Made by a program: the position numbers and the translations under genes. Under the pieces are notes generated by a model. That model was not told where the DNA came from and did not search any database. It saw only the letters and a list, made by a program, of their open reading frames with translations. This document shows positions 7,896-16,648 of a stretch of DNA of 40,000 bases, piece after piece. Position 1 is the stretch's first letter. Each line of letters starts with the position of its first letter. The DNA is from Calothrix brevissima NIES-22 (GTDB taxonomy: Bacteria; Cyanobacteriota; Cyanobacteriia; Cyanobacteriales; Nostocaceae), in the NCBI GenBank assembly GCA_002367995.1, contig AP018207.1:7935366-7975365 (forward strand), given 5' to 3'.

Positions 7896-9731
7896 ATGCG
7901 TTCTATTGGTATCTGCTTTGTCCAGCAAAACCTTCAGCAGATTGGTTATGAAACTTACCAACTTTTCATAGAAGCAGAAAAGCACTATGAGCGCATTATC
8001 CCTATTAATAATCCTCGCTCTATTAGCTATCAATTTATTGAAGGAAATAGCAAACCTAAAGTTATTTTGGATGGACAAGACATCTCAAACCTTGATACCT
8101 TGCTTTTTCGTCAAGGAGGACAGCGTAAATTACCAGCTATTTTTTTGGCACAGACGTTAAATCAGTGTGGTTGTGACATTCTAGATTCTATAGCATGGTA
8201 TACCCCCGAACGAGGTTCTAAGTTAGGTGGAATTCTCAAATATCTAAATCAGGGTTGCGGAATTAATACATACATCGCATTTACCCGAAACAATGGCGCA
8301 GCCTTACTACAAGATTTGGCAAACAATGGGAAATTTCCGCTTATCCTCAAGCCGGTTCATGGTAGCCAAGGTAGAGGAATTCATGTAATTGAAGATCTAG
8401 AAACAGGCTTAGAACTCCTCGATGCTTTTTATGATGATGAACAAGAAAGGGATGAACCTTTCTACTTACAGGAATTTTTGAACATTGAAAAAGAATATCG
8501 AGTTGTTGTTTTAGATGGTAAAGCTATAGGAGCAGCCCAAAAAATAGCTGCTCCTGGGAAGCACACAGCGAATGCTGCACAAGGCGGAACTTTTGTTGCT
8601 GCTGATGTTCCAAATGTGACTGCTGTTACCCTTGAGAATGTAACTAGCAAAGGACTATTTGGCGTAGATGTAGCAGTCGATCAACAAGATAATATTCGGA
8701 TTATTGAGGTAAATCGCATTCCTCAATGGAAAGCATTCAGTGAGGCTACAGGAATCAATGTTGCTCAAGCTATTTTAGAGAACACCCTAGAACAAAATTC
8801 AACAAAATCGGCATTAGGTATTCTCATGCCTAGTAACAGTTATAATCTGCCTTATGAGCTAGATAATTTATATAAAGAAGCACCTAATTATTACAAAGAG
8901 ATTATTTCCATTGAAACTCTTCATTCTATAATTTATAAATTTGTTCGTGGCTCGGAAAAACCCAGCATTTTAATGGGATCAATGGATCTGTCTCTTCTTG
9001 ATACCTGCATTATTCGTGAGAGTCAAAATAGCCCCATTGCCAAAATGCTTCTCGTTCATGCACTTAACGCTTCTGGATGTAACATTATCGATCCCGTTAC
9101 CCATCATTCAGGAGGAGCGGCTTCTAAATTAGGAATCACATTGCGTTATTTCAGAACTGGTTTAGTACCTAGCAATTATGTTGTATTTAACCGCACTAAT
9201 GCCATTAATCTGCTTGAGGAATTGGTAAAAGAAGGGCAACTTCCATTAATTAGCAAAGATATTTTGGGCAGCCAAGGACAGAATGTTGACATTATTACCG
9301 ATATTAGTACCGGAATGCAGATTATTGAAGCTTTTTATCAAAGTGAGGAGGAGAAAGACTATCCTTTTTACTTGCAAACATTAATTCAGATAGAAAAAGA
9401 ATATCGAATTATGTTACTGGACGGTAAAGCAATTGGTATAGCTGAAAAAATACTGAATACCGATCGGGACAATGCAAAAACTTTTGCTGATTATCAGTTT
9501 TGTGCTATTGAAGCATTGGCGATCGCAGAAAAGGTTATTCCTTATGTTAGCCCTAAAGGATTATTGGGAGTCGATATTGCGGTTGATTTTTCGGGCGATC
9601 TCTTTATCCTTGATGTAAATCGTGAACCTGTATGGTACGCATTTGAACAAACAACAGGAGTTAACGTGGCGGCAAAAGTAATTGAGCGGGGTTTAGAACG
9701 TTTAGCTGACAAAGCGCTTCCAGTTGCTTGA
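7896..9731 (+). CDS. fused tandem RimK-type ATP-grasp protein (two modules)
   Basis: Module 1: LILKPVHGSQGRGIHVIED, EYRVVVLDGKAIGAAQK, ANAAQGG, GVDVAV...IIEVNRIPQW. Module 2 repeats the layout: LISKDILGSQGQNVDIITD, EYRIMLLDGKAIGIAEK, GVDIAV...ILDVNREPVW. ATG is preceded by AAGGAA. Confidence 0.8.
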   Translation: MRSIGICFVQQNLQQIGYETYQLFIEAEKHYERIIPINNPRSISYQFIEGNSKPKVILDGQDISNLDTLLFRQGGQRKLPAIFLAQTLNQCGCDILDSIAWYTPERGSKLGGILKYLNQGCGINTYIAFTRNNGAALLQDLANNGKFPLILKPVHGSQGRGIHVIEDLETGLELLDAFYDDEQERDEPFYLQEFLNIEKEYRVVVLDGKAIGAAQKIAAPGKHTANAAQGGTFVAADVPNVTAVTLENVTSKGLFGVDVAVDQQDNIRIIEVNRIPQWKAFSEATGINVAQAILENTLEQNSTKSALGILMPSNSYNLPYELDNLYKEAPNYYKEIISIETLHSIIYKFVRGSEKPSILMGSMDLSLLDTCIIRESQNSPIAKMLLVHALNASGCNIIDPVTHHSGGAASKLGITLRYFRTGLVPSNYVVFNRTNAINLLEELVKEGQLPLISKDILGSQGQNVDIITDISTGMQIIEAFYQSEEEKDYPFYLQTLIQIEKEYRIMLLDGKAIGIAEKILNTDRDNAKTFADYQFCAIEALAIAEKVIPYVSPKGLLGVDIAVDFSGDLFILDVNREPVWYAFEQTTGVNVAAKVIERGLERLADKALPVA

Positions 9732-10186
9732 CGATAACTAAAAGTAACCCCGAAATTTCCAATTTTATTCATAAAACCATAAATAATTATAACATTGTCC
9801 GCATCAGTATTTGTAGATGTTTTACTTACTGATAATTATTCAGTTTGGCAAGATGAAAGATTAACAGCAGAATCCCCCGTCTTCCTGCTGACCGAATTTT
9901 AGATTTTAAATAATGGAATTGAAACTTCAAAATTTTTAATTTTTGTGAGCAAAAATAGAGTTTTTTGCTCGTCTTCGTAACAAAAATAAATAATTATTGT
10001 GGCTCAGAAATCTTCCTGAAGATAGTGTTTTTGTCTGACTGCTCAGGCAATATTTACTAAGAATGGTTTTTTTGGAGAGTAATTTTCACAGTAACAAATA
10101 GCAATAAAATCCCAAAATCAATTGAATTTGAGGCAGATAGCAAATTAACTTATATTACAAAGTCTGGTGATTACAAGGAGAAAGCG

Positions 10187-10681
10187 ATGCCTGCTATAGC
10201 TCTAAATAGCCAAAATCTCCCCTACTCCGACCCCTTACACCCGATTGTTGTGCATTTCGTGATTGCAATGGTGTTTTTCTCATTATTTTGCGATGTGGTG
10301 GGTTATTTCACTCGAAATGCAGGTTTGTTGGAGGTCGGTTTTTGGAATATGTTTGTGGCAGCGATCGCAATTTTTGTCGCGATCATTTTTGGGCAGTTGG
10401 AAGCCGGTTTAGCGCAAGTGTATCCAGCAGTCCAGTCTACAATGAATTTTCACACAGTTATGGGTTGGTCGCTTGGGGCGATAATTGCGGCTATTACAGC
10501 TTGGCGTTTAATCATTCGCGATCGCAACCCCCTGAAAGTTCCTCCTGCTTACCTGGGTGTAGCAACTTTATTAATTTGTCTGGTGTTCTTGCAGGTATAT
10601 TTGGGAAGCAAATTATTTTGGGTATATGGGTTGCATGTTGAACCTGTGGTGCAAGCCATGCAGCAGGGAGTTTCGCCATGA
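10187..10681 (+). CDS. multi-TM membrane protein, DUF2231-like, first gene of the cox operon
   Basis: LHPIVVHFVIAMVF motif and four predicted TM helices. AAGGAG RBS. Stop overlaps the next start (ATGA). Confidence 0.65.
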   Translation: MPAIALNSQNLPYSDPLHPIVVHFVIAMVFFSLFCDVVGYFTRNAGLLEVGFWNMFVAAIAIFVAIIFGQLEAGLAQVYPAVQSTMNFHTVMGWSLGAIIAAITAWRLIIRDRNPLKVPPAYLGVATLLICLVFLQVYLGSKLFWVYGLHVEPVVQAMQQGVSP

Positions 10682-11283
10682 ATTCTCAACTCCTTGACTC
10701 TTTAGGATTGAGATTAGGCGCTAACGGATTACCATACGAAATTCCTCTGCATCCACAGTTAGTCCATTTCACCTTGGGTTTGTTTATCATCGGCATCTTG
10801 TTTGATATAGCAGGCGCTATTTTTCCGGTTGAAAGACCAATTTTCAAATTTTTAGCTCTTCCCGCCATCCGTTCTGGCTTCTTTAATGTCGGTTGGTACA
10901 ACCTGTTAGGAGCAGCTGTGGTGACATTTTTTACCGTCGCCTTTGGCTTTTTCGAGCTACTGCTAGCAAACCCACTATTAGATAAAAAAAGTGCTTGGGG
11001 ATTAAATGCCTCCTGGACAATGCTTTTGCATGGTTTGGGCGGTGTTTTCTTGTTGACAGTGATTGTGGCGATGACTGTCTGGAGAGGCTTACAACGCTAT
11101 CGCTGGCGCAAGAATGCTTCCAGACAAGTGCAGTGGAGTTACTTATTAGCAGGTATTGCCATTTTAGGGATTTTGTATGTTCACGGAACTTTAGGCGCAC
11201 ATTTAGGAGAGGCGTTTGGCATTCACGTAACAGCAGCTCAGTTAATCCAAGAGGGCAAAAACCCAAATTTACTAACCAAATAA
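10678..11283 (+). CDS. multi-TM membrane protein, DUF2231-like paralogue
   Basis: LHPQLVHFTLGLFI motif and TM helices. Translationally coupled to the upstream paralogue. Ends 6 nt before coxB. Confidence 0.65.
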   Translation: MNSQLLDSLGLRLGANGLPYEIPLHPQLVHFTLGLFIIGILFDIAGAIFPVERPIFKFLALPAIRSGFFNVGWYNLLGAAVVTFFTVAFGFFELLLANPLLDKKSAWGLNASWTMLLHGLGGVFLLTVIVAMTVWRGLQRYRWRKNASRQVQWSYLLAGIAILGILYVHGTLGAHLGEAFGIHVTAAQLIQEGKNPNLLTK

Positions 11284-11289
11284 AATATT

Positions 11290-12219
11290 ATGGGGAGATT
11301 TTTAGAATATATACTCATAGCTGCTTATATTGCCGTCCTGCTTGTTGTCAGTCATGGGATTGGGCAGTTAGCTTATTCTTGGATGCCTCTGGAAGCTACA
11401 GCCGAAGCGCAAAAGGTAGATAGTTTATTTAGCTTTTTAACCTCAATTGGTGCGTTCATTATTCTTGGGCTTCTAGGCATGATGCTGTACTCGGTAATTT
11501 TCTTTCGCGCACCCAAAAATGATTACAGTGAAGGACATCCATCTAGAGGCGATGTCAAACTCGAATTTTTATGGACGGCGACTCCAACCATACTGGTATT
11601 GTGGATTGCTTTCCAAGGCTTCAATATTTATCAGCAATTAGATATTCTCGGTTTGCAGCAAATCGTACATTTGCATACACCTCTAGATTCAGAACCAGCC
11701 TATGCAGCAGCTAGCGCAGACCAACTTAAACCAGCAGCTGAAACTGTTGAGGTTTTCGTCAAGCAGTGGGATTGGACTTTTCGCTATCCCAATAATATTA
11801 CTAGCAATGAATTGCATTTACCTGTAAATCTTCGGACTCGACTGAATATGCACGCTCAGGACGTACTTCATAGTTTTTATGTCCCTGAGTTCCGCTTACA
11901 ACAGTATATTGTGCCTGGACGAAACATTGACCTTGTAGTTACACCGACTCGTACAGGTGAATACAAACTCAAAGATGCATTATTTAGCGGTACTTACTTT
12001 GCTTTGATGGATGCCAATGTTCAAGTGGAATCCCTTGACCAATATAACCAGTGGCTGAGTCAAGCCCAACAAAAACCAACAACCATTAAAAATCAAGCTG
12101 TCGCTGAATATACCCAACCGCCAAAAACATTCTTTAAGAGCAACTGGTACAGTGTTGCACCTGCTCAAGAAGCGATCGCCAATGAAAGGAAAGAAAGGAA
12201 AGTAATGAATGACACATGA
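11290..12219 (+). CDS. coxB: heme-copper oxidase subunit II lacking CuA ligands (ARTO / quinol-oxidase-type CoxB)
   Basis: DVLHSFYVPEFRLQQYIVPGR is present. Where CAELCGxxHxxM is expected the sequence reads KDALFSGTYFALM, so both Cys and the second His are replaced. Confidence 0.9.
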   Translation: MGRFLEYILIAAYIAVLLVVSHGIGQLAYSWMPLEATAEAQKVDSLFSFLTSIGAFIILGLLGMMLYSVIFFRAPKNDYSEGHPSRGDVKLEFLWTATPTILVLWIAFQGFNIYQQLDILGLQQIVHLHTPLDSEPAYAAASADQLKPAAETVEVFVKQWDWTFRYPNNITSNELHLPVNLRTRLNMHAQDVLHSFYVPEFRLQQYIVPGRNIDLVVTPTRTGEYKLKDALFSGTYFALMDANVQVESLDQYNQWLSQAQQKPTTIKNQAVAEYTQPPKTFFKSNWYSVAPAQEAIANERKERKVMNDT

Positions 12220-12378
12220 ATCTCAGGAAATGATCGCCATTGAGCAAGAGTCTAGTGGTCTGTCCCATTAATTTTGAGTGGTAAAAAACGAACCGCGTTC
12301 GACGAAGTCGTTCCCGCAGGGTAGACACGAAGTACTCGAAGGAAGAGACAAGAAGAAGAAACTTACCCCACATAATTA

Positions 12379-14013
12379 ATGAGACAAAGCACTAGTAATA
12401 ACTGGCGACAATATTTTAGCTTTAGTACTGACCATAAAGTAATTGGCGTTCAGTACATGGTGACGACTTTCATATTCTTTCTGATTGGCGGACTTTTGGC
12501 GATGCTGATCCGTGCCGAACTGATTACGCCAGCATCAAATGTAGTCGATCGCTCCCTGTACAACGGCTTGTTTACTTTGCATGGGACAATCATGATTTTT
12601 TTATGGATTATCCCATTCAATGCAGGTATCTCTAACTACTTAGTACCTCTGATGATTGGCGCACGAGATATGGCGTTTCCTCTCCTCAATGCCATATCTT
12701 TCTGGATAATTCCTCCCAGTGGACTGTTATTAATATCTAGCTTCTTTTTACCCAATGGTACAGCCCAGTCTGGTTGGTGGTCTTATCCGCCAATTAGTCT
12801 GCAAGTTCCTCCCAATCAGCCAATTAACGGTGAATTTATTTGGATTGTAAGTATAGTCCTGATTGGTATCTCTTCGGTTATGGGGGCTGTCAACTTTGTG
12901 ACCACTATCTTTTGGATGCGGGCACCAGGAATGACATTTTTCCGAATGCCTGTGTTTGTTTGGTCGGTTCTCAGCGCCCAGTTGTTGCAGCTAGTGAATT
13001 TGCCTTCTTTAACTGGTGCATTAATCCTACTGTTATTTGACCTCAACTTTGGGACGAATTTTTTCAAACCTTTAGAAAATGGCGACCCCATCATTTACCA
13101 GCATTTATTCTGGTTCTACTCCCACCCTGCAGTGTATATCATGGCACTACCAGCCTTCGGGATTTTTGCGGAAATTTTACCAGCCTTTTCCCGTAATCCT
13201 TTATTTGGCTATCGCTCATTAGCGATCGCCTCTTTAGGCATTGCGGTAGTTAGCATCTTTGTCTGGGTGCATCATATGTTCACCAGTGCTACCCCTGGTT
13301 GGATGCGGATGTTATTTATGGTGACATCAATGTTAGTTGCTGTACCCACTGGTGTAAAAGCATTTGGTTGGACTGCGACAATTTGGAGAAGTAAGCTGCA
13401 TTTAGAAACACCCATGCTATTTGCAATGGGAGGTGCAGCCATGTTTCTGCTTGGTGGTGTCACTGGTGTCATGCTAGCAGCAGTACCATTTGATATTCAC
13501 GTTCATAATACCTACTTTATAGTCGGGCATTTTCACTACATTGTCTTTAACACCATCACAATGGCAATCTTTGCTGCCATTTACTTTTGGTTTCCCAAGA
13601 TAACTGGACGAATGTATGCAGAAGGCTGGGGAAAGGTACATTTTTGGTTAACCTTTATCGGTGCTAACCTAACTTTCTTCCCGATGCTTCCACTAGGTTT
13701 ACAAGGAATGGTACGCCGCATTTCCTCCTACGATCCGCGTTATCAAGGATGGAATGTTGTTGCTAGTTTGGGAGGATTTTTATTAGGAGTATCAATACTA
13801 CCTTTTATTGCCAATATGGTAGGTTCTTGTTTATACGGGCAAAAAGCCAGTAACAATCCCTGGCTCGCCACAGGGCTGGAATGGACAACTACCTCACCCC
13901 CTCCCCGAGAAAACTTTGAAGAAATACCAATTGTCAAAAGACCCCCTTATGACTATGGCGATACTAAATACTCAGTAATTGAACCTCCCGACTATCATCA
14001 GGCAAGGGAGTAG
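12379..14013 (+). CDS. coxA: heme-copper oxidase subunit I
   Basis: HLFWFYSHPAVYI, VWVHHMF and GHFHYIV metal-ligand motifs, 12 TM-type hydrophobic pattern. Confidence 0.95.
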   Translation: MRQSTSNNWRQYFSFSTDHKVIGVQYMVTTFIFFLIGGLLAMLIRAELITPASNVVDRSLYNGLFTLHGTIMIFLWIIPFNAGISNYLVPLMIGARDMAFPLLNAISFWIIPPSGLLLISSFFLPNGTAQSGWWSYPPISLQVPPNQPINGEFIWIVSIVLIGISSVMGAVNFVTTIFWMRAPGMTFFRMPVFVWSVLSAQLLQLVNLPSLTGALILLLFDLNFGTNFFKPLENGDPIIYQHLFWFYSHPAVYIMALPAFGIFAEILPAFSRNPLFGYRSLAIASLGIAVVSIFVWVHHMFTSATPGWMRMLFMVTSMLVAVPTGVKAFGWTATIWRSKLHLETPMLFAMGGAAMFLLGGVTGVMLAAVPFDIHVHNTYFIVGHFHYIVFNTITMAIFAAIYFWFPKITGRMYAEGWGKVHFWLTFIGANLTFFPMLPLGLQGMVRRISSYDPRYQGWNVVASLGGFLLGVSILPFIANMVGSCLYGQKASNNPWLATGLEWTTTSPPPRENFEEIPIVKRPPYDYGDTKYSVIEPPDYHQARE

Positions 14014-14016
14014 AGG

Positions 14017-14078
14017 GCAGGGGGACAAGGGGGACAAGGGGGACAAGGGGGACAAGGGGGACAAGGAGGACAAGGGGG
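14017..14078. repeat. tandem nonamer array (GGGGGACAA x6-7)
   Basis: Read directly in the coxA-coxC spacer. Confidence 0.9.
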
Positions 14079-14088
14079 AAAATTGTAC

Positions 14089-14108
14089 AGACGCGATTCA
14101 TCGCGTCT
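14089..14108. repeat. dispersed hairpin AGACGCGA-TTCA-TCGCGTCT (copy 1 of 2)
   Basis: Identical hairpin with the same AATTGTA-AG 5' flank at 34005..34024. Both follow nonamer arrays. Confidence 0.8.
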
Positions 14109-14115
14109 CTGATAA

Positions 14116-14802
14116 ATGACTAATGACCAAAATATGAACCGTGGCGTAATTCATGTAGATGAAAGTCCTATCCCTTTAGAACGGTTGCGGCGATACCTAC
14201 CAAATTGGCTCAAGCGTTTTTTGCCAGTGCGGGGTGGAAGTGCTGAAGATCATCATGGTAAAGGGATGTTCGGATTTACCGTGTTTCTATTATCAGAAAG
14301 CATAGTCTTTTTGAGCTTTATTTTTACCTACATTGCTCTGCGATTAACACATTCAGGAAATTGGCTACCATCTGGTGTTTCGGGGCCAGAATTGTCTACT
14401 TTTGTAATTATTAATACGGTGGTGTTACTTTGTAGCAGCTTTGTGATTCAGCCAGCAGAAAATGCTCTCAAACATGGCAGGTTAGTGAGGTTTCGTTGGC
14501 TGTGGTTGATGACAATTTGTATGGGAACCTATTTCTTAATCGGTCAAGGAATTGAGTGGAGCAACCTTAATTTTGGGTTAAGTACAGGTTTAGTTGGTGC
14601 GACATTTTATGTATTAACAGGTTTTCACGGTCTACATGTTCTCACTGGTGTCATTCTACAAATTACTATGCTTGTTCGCTCCTTCAGACAAGGGAACTAC
14701 GAAAAAAGCCACTTTGGTGTGAGTGCTAGCACTTTGTTTTGGCACTTTGTTGATCTAATGTGGATTTTTCTTTTCTCTCTTCTCTATCTTTGGCAAGCTT
14801 AA
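14116..14802 (+). CDS. coxC: heme-copper oxidase subunit III
   Basis: FYVLTGFHGLHVLTGV and FWHFVDLMWIFLF motifs. Confidence 0.9.
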   Translation: MTNDQNMNRGVIHVDESPIPLERLRRYLPNWLKRFLPVRGGSAEDHHGKGMFGFTVFLLSESIVFLSFIFTYIALRLTHSGNWLPSGVSGPELSTFVIINTVVLLCSSFVIQPAENALKHGRLVRFRWLWLMTICMGTYFLIGQGIEWSNLNFGLSTGLVGATFYVLTGFHGLHVLTGVILQITMLVRSFRQGNYEKSHFGVSASTLFWHFVDLMWIFLFSLLYLWQA

Positions 14803-14902
14803 ATATATTTTTCATGAGCATCTCCAAGATATACCACAAACTTTTTACCTGTTTTAAATGGTCTGTTGATTTCCGCCATCACGTACTAGCTAATATTTAA
14901 CC

Positions 14903-14935
14903 AAAAACTCCACCCACAAGAAGTGGAGTTTTTTA
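14903..14935. terminator. bidirectional intrinsic terminator between convergent coxC and fdxH
   Basis: AAAAACTCCAC / GTGGAGTTTTT form an 11-bp perfect stem with a 9-nt loop, an A-run on one side and a T-run on the other. Confidence 0.65.
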
Positions 14936-14946
14936 TCAGTTAACAG

Positions 14947-15246
14947 TTAAACCAAATAAGGTTCTTGGTGAGTGCGAATCGTGCAATCAGAACGGGGATA
15001 GGAGACACAAAGAACAATAAAGCCTTTAGCCATCTGATCGTCATCGAGAAATACCTGCTCAGTTTGATCTACTTGTCCTTCAACCACTTTAGCAACGCAA
15101 CTAGAACAAGAACCAGATTGACAGGAAAAGGGTAATTCTATATCTTGTTGTTCTGCCGCATCGAGAATACTGGTATTTTTATCAACAGGGATGGTGATAT
15201 CGAGCGATCGCTTTTTATTGATTAGTCTGACTTGATAAGTTGTCAT
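14947..15246 (-). CDS. fdxH: plant-type [2Fe-2S] ferredoxin, heterocyst FdxH-like
   Basis: [12 protein letters not shown]...[19 protein letters not shown]...[21 protein letters not shown]. Start set at the ATG giving about 99 aa. The track start at 15261 is 5 codons upstream. Confidence 0.9.
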   Translation of the reverse strand: MTTYQVRLINKKRSLDITIPVDKNTSILDAAEQQDIELPFSCQSGSCSSCVAKVVEGQVDQTEQVFLDDDQMAKGFIVLCVSYPRSDCTIRTHQEPYLV

Positions 15247-15282
15247 CTTCATGTCCTCCAAAATAAAATCAGGTTTTGAGTA

Positions 15283-15654
15283 TCAGCTACAAGGTACGCC
15301 AGCAGGGCTGCAATTCCCTGCTTGGAATGATTTTCCACAGCCACAGGTATCTGTAGCGTTGGGATTGCTAAACTTAAATCCGCTTTCTAGCAAGCCATCA
15401 ATAAAATCCACAACCACACCTTCTAGTAATGGGGCACTTTGGGAATCAACATAGATGCGTAACTTACCTTGTTGCAAAACTATGTCATCGGCTTGGGGAG
15501 TATTGATTACTTTGATGGAATACTGGTAGCCACTGCAACCACCATCCTCAACAGCAACACGGATACCTTTTTGAGTAGTATTTTCATCTTTGCTTGAGGC
15601 TAAAAGGAAGGTACGCAGCCGAAATTCTGCTGCTTCCGTTAAAGTTAACGTCAT
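15283..15654 (-). CDS. hesB: HesB/IscA-type Fe-S cluster assembly protein
   Basis: A-type carrier fold with C-terminal CGCGKSF motif. Position between hesA and fdxH. Confidence 0.9.
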   Translation of the reverse strand: MTLTLTEAAEFRLRTFLLASSKDENTTQKGIRVAVEDGGCSGYQYSIKVINTPQADDIVLQQGKLRIYVDSQSAPLLEGVVVDFIDGLLESGFKFSNPNATDTCGCGKSFQAGNCSPAGVPCS

Positions 15655-15666
15655 AAAATCTACCTA

Positions 15667-15701
15667 CTGACAACTGACTATTGACTATTGACTATTGACT
15701 A
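15667..15701. repeat. STRR array (TATTGAC-type) containing the hesA stop codon
   Basis: Tandem heptamers. The HesA C-terminus ...VLVNSQ* is read from the array. Confidence 0.85.
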
Positions 15702-16482
15702 AAACGCGACTTAGCTGTTGGGGATGAGGATAATGGTGAGAATGAGTACCGCAGACTGGACAATTGCGATCGCGATATGAACGACGCTTGGCAAATGTTA
15801 GCTGGTGCAAATCCATCGTTAATAGTTGCGATAACAATGGTTGACTACATCCAGTAATTAACTTGATTGCTTCTAGCGCTGTCAAACAAGCCAGAGTTCC
15901 CGAAACCGCACCCAGCACGCCAAAGCCGCGCCGATCCCATTCAGGTTTTTCGGGAAATAAGCAAGACAAGCAAGGTGTCACGCCAGGAATAATTGTGGTT
16001 AAGTAAGCTTCCATCCCATCCATCGCCGCTTCTACCATCGGCTTACGCCAACGCACACAAGCTGCATTTAATAAATCGCGTTCGGTAAAATTGTGGGCAC
16101 AGTCAAGCGCTACATCGGCGGATTGAACCAAAAAATCTACATTATCTGGCCTAACATAATCAAATATAGCTTCGACTTCCACATCTGGGTTGATATCCGC
16201 TAGCCGTTCTTTGGCTTTAAACACGCGCGGCTTACCTACCCAATCGTCACTCATGAGAATCTGGCGATTCATGTCATCTAGCCGCAACTCACCGCCTCGA
16301 ACCAGAATCAGCCGCCCAACACCAGCTACAGCTAAGTAAAGCGCTGCTGTACCGCCCAATCCGCCCACACCTGTCACCAGCACTGTTGCTGACTTAAGTC
16401 GCTGCTGTGCTTCTTTGCCAAAACCAGGGAGCATGATTTGGCGACGGTAACGTTCTAATTCAGTAGGCGAGAGATTTACCAC
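15685..16482 (-). CDS. hesA: HesA (ThiF/MoeB-family adenylyltransferase-like)
   Basis: LERYRRQIMLPGFG, GVGGLGG nucleotide fold, CLSC and CPVC pairs. Apparent GTG start with AGGAGA 9 nt upstream. Confidence 0.9.
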   Translation of the reverse strand: MVNLSPTELERYRRQIMLPGFGKEAQQRLKSATVLVTGVGGLGGTAALYLAVAGVGRLILVRGGELRLDDMNRQILMSDDWVGKPRVFKAKERLADINPDVEVEAIFDYVRPDNVDFLVQSADVALDCAHNFTERDLLNAACVRWRKPMVEAAMDGMEAYLTTIIPGVTPCLSCLFPEKPEWDRRGFGVLGAVSGTLACLTALEAIKLITGCSQPLLSQLLTMDLHQLTFAKRRSYRDRNCPVCGTHSHHYPHPQQLSRVLVNSQ

Positions 16483-16586
16483 TGTTGATTTCTCCTGTTT
16501 TGAAGGGGCTAGGGACTAGGGGCTAGGAATAGCCCTTTCAAAGTGCATACATTTACAAGAACTTCTTCACTCTGCGTCTCTGTGAA

Positions 16587-16622
16587 CTCTGCGGTTAAAA
16601 AATAATTTATATAACCGCAGAG
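16587..16622. repeat. dispersed palindromic element CTCTGCGGTTA...TAACCGCAGAG (copy 1 of 2)
   Basis: 11-bp perfect arms. A related copy with similar flanks (GAGAACACAGAG) lies at 39534..39565. Confidence 0.8.
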
Positions 16623-16648
16623 GGCGCGGAGAACACAGAGAAAGAGAT

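Noticed and set aside
9811-9830. Possible NtcA site (GTA-N8-TAC) upstream of the cox operon, and similar near-matches in the nifB upstream modules (e.g. GTACTCAAAATCTAC at 30591)
   Set aside because: The candidates have N7 or N9 spacing rather than the canonical N8. I could not find a canonical site with a correctly spaced -10 box by eye.
9946-9971. Hairpin GAGCAAAAA-TAGAGT-TTTTTGCTC downstream of the ATP-grasp gene as a terminator
   Set aside because: The stem is A/T-rich, lacks a following T-run and lies about 215 bp past the stop codon. It is too weak to call.
10288-11423. Alternative-frame ORFs inside the DUF2231-like genes and coxB start (10288..10641, 10686..10901, 10931..11266, 10995..11423)
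   Set aside because: They are out of frame with coherent TM-protein frames that show translational coupling. They are shadow ORFs.
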